Positions 62,143 through 64,000 of a stretch of 64,000 nt of DNA are shown in pieces (within the stretch, counting starts at the first letter, position 1; the number at the start of each line of letters is the position of its first letter). The stretch comes from Planctomycetota bacterium (GTDB taxonomy: Bacteria; Planctomycetota; SZUA-567; H5-PLA8), in assembly GCA_038227875.1 (NCBI GenBank), contig JBBRPR010000018.1, forward strand, positions 64,001 through 128,000, read 5' to 3'. The notes beneath the pieces were generated by a model that saw nothing but the letters and a program-made list of their open reading frames with translations, ran no database searches and was not told where the DNA came from. The position numbers were made by a program, and so were the translations under genes.

Positions 62143-63972
62143 TTGGTTTCCGCAACTGAGTCCGCACGTACAACCTCAGCCTCTGAAAATTACGGACCAC
62201 CCTGGAGCACCCATTTTCTTCGCGCCTTCGCCTGGTCCTTTGCCGCGCTGGTGTTGTACTCGATCTCCGTCGCCATCAACCGACCCCTTTATGAAACGCA
62301 GGAAGCCCGCATCGGCGTCGTCGCCCGGGAAATGATCGAACGCCAGAATTTCCTCGAACCCACGCTTGCCAACGTTCAGCGCCTGAACAAACCGCCTCTG
62401 CCCTACTGGCTGACCGTACTGACCGCGCGCATGATCTCCTCCGACGCCGTCCCCAATGAACGCACGCTCACCTGCGCCGTCCTGATTCCGCAGGCCGTCT
62501 GTGGCGCGCTGGCCGTTTTTGTCGTGATGTTCTTCGGCAGCATCGCGTTTGGTCCCTCCGGCGGCACGTTTGCCGGATTGATCCTCGGCTTCTCGATGAT
62601 GCCGGCCCGTTTCGCGCAGCTGGGCTATCCCGACACCGCCTTGATGCTGGGCTGCGCCGGAACGATCTGCGCCGCCGCGTGGATCGCCTGTTCGCCGCGA
62701 CCTGGATTTTTCTCCGCCGTGTTCCTGGGCGTGAGCATGGCGTGGGCGATGATGATCAAGGAACCGATTCTCGCCCTCGTCCTCCCCGCCCCGCTGGCCG
62801 TCGAAATGTTCTTCGGCCTTAAGAACAAGCGCTACAACGTCCGCAAAGTAATCCTCTTCGCCATCGGCTTCGTCATCGCCGCCGCGCTGGTCGCGCCGTG
62901 GTTTTACCTCGTCGCCCAGAACATCCCTCACGGCTGGGATACGCTTGTGGCCGAACGCCAGTACATCTGGGTCAAGGGGCACGCTCACAAAAATTTCTTC
63001 TACTATTTTCACAAGCTCGCCGCCGGAATGCTGCCGTGGACGCCCTTGATGCTGCTGGCCTTTTTCCTGCGCCGCAAAGGCCCGGAGCTGGCCGCCACGC
63101 CCAATGCCCTGCCCGCTCCGCAGGCGCAACTCGCGCAGCGCATCTTCCGCTTTGTTTCCTGCGTGGCGGTGCTTGGTTTCTGCGGATTCCTCTCGCGCGC
63201 CAAACAGCAGGAGTATTACCTGCTGCCGATCGTGCCGGCGATTGCACTGGCCGCCGGTTACGCGATCGGTTGTTGCCGGACTGTGCGCGGCAATCTGGAG
63301 GAAGGCCTGGCTTGGTTTCACATTGCACTGGGTGTCGTGGGCGCCGCCGGTCTCTGCTACATACCCGTGCGCGACCCGGACGGCGCCAACAAGTACCTCT
63401 GCTTCGCCCTGGCCATTCCGTTCCTGATTTTCTGCGTCGGCGCCGCACATTACTGGGCCGCGCGCCGGCTGACCCATGCTGCGTCAATGACCGGCGTGGC
63501 CTTCTTCATCCTTTTCATCCCGCTCGCCCCGCTCACTCGCGCCAAGGGCTTGCGCACGCTGGCGATCAAGGGCACTGACATTCAGAATAAAGGCTCGCTT
63601 GAAATCGAAGCCCCGCGTCTGCGCACCGAACTCGATGCGCTCAGCACGCCTGGCTCGGAGGTGAAACTCTACGCGTGGGGCAATTCCTTTCCGATGATGA
63701 ATTTTCTGCTCGCACGCCCGGTGCTGACGCAGAAGGACCTCTTCGACGCGATCAAAACGCCCAGCGAAGTTCCGCCCAGGCGCGTCGCCATTGTCTCCCC
63801 TGAAATCCTGAAACAGTCCGGCCTGGAAAAGTACCTCCCGCCGGGAAAAAACCCGCCGATCATCGCGTTGGTCCTTCCGCCCGACGCCGAATTGGCCACG
63901 ACGCTGAAAAAGCGCCGCCCCGACAAACGCGAACGCACCGCCAATGAAGGCGACGACGAAGACGACAAGTGA
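62143..63972 (+). CDS. ArnT-like polyprenyl-phosphate-sugar glycosyltransferase (GT-C fold), paralog of the divergent neighbour
   Basis: EARIGVVAREM...KPPLPYWL, MLPWT and KQQEYYLLPIVP motifs; multiple TMs. TTG start uncertain. Confidence 0.85.
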   Translation: MVSATESARTTSASENYGPPWSTHFLRAFAWSFAALVLYSISVAINRPLYETQEARIGVVAREMIERQNFLEPTLANVQRLNKPPLPYWLTVLTARMISSDAVPNERTLTCAVLIPQAVCGALAVFVVMFFGSIAFGPSGGTFAGLILGFSMMPARFAQLGYPDTALMLGCAGTICAAAWIACSPRPGFFSAVFLGVSMAWAMMIKEPILALVLPAPLAVEMFFGLKNKRYNVRKVILFAIGFVIAAALVAPWFYLVAQNIPHGWDTLVAERQYIWVKGHAHKNFFYYFHKLAAGMLPWTPLMLLAFFLRRKGPELAATPNALPAPQAQLAQRIFRFVSCVAVLGFCGFLSRAKQQEYYLLPIVPAIALAAGYAIGCCRTVRGNLEEGLAWFHIALGVVGAAGLCYIPVRDPDGANKYLCFALAIPFLIFCVGAAHYWAARRLTHAASMTGVAFFILFIPLAPLTRAKGLRTLAIKGTDIQNKGSLEIEAPRLRTELDALSTPGSEVKLYAWGNSFPMMNFLLARPVLTQKDLFDAIKTPSEVPPRRVAIVSPEILKQSGLEKYLPPGKNPPIIALVLPPDAELATTLKKRRPDKRERTANEGDDEDDK

Positions 63973-64000
63973 CGGCCATCTGGCCCTCACGCTCAAATCG

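Overview
GC-rich bacterial chromosomal window. The gene content (Ser/Thr kinases, an FHA-sigma54 activator, stand-alone secretins, PKD proteins, LpxH) suggests a diderm, probably Planctomycetota-like organism (inference). It holds about 42 CDSs; I saw no rRNA, tRNA, CRISPR array or transposase. Recognisable genes include the start of an alternative complex III operon (actA, partial actB), serS, scpB, lpxH, a tail-specific protease, SRAP, a deoxyhypusine/homospermidine synthase-like gene, a radical SAM/SPASM protein and an ArfB-like GGQ factor. There are also two AraC cassettes, a double hybrid histidine kinase, GH42-like and GH88 hydrolases, and two head-to-head ArnT-like transferases. The most notable observations are: (1) an orphan HTH gene whose 3' end carries eight TGTCCG motifs in three clusters, phased at exactly 10 bp within each cluster; (2) two tandem paralogous secretins with no T2SS/pilus genes nearby, a barrel-less secretin-N-domain protein, and two large exported PKD proteins that appear to share a C-terminal domain, possibly an undescribed export system; (3) several intergenic repeat families, namely G-rich arrays after stop codons, a covarying hairpin family and REP-like elements. 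All functional calls come from motif recognition by eye; no database searches were run.
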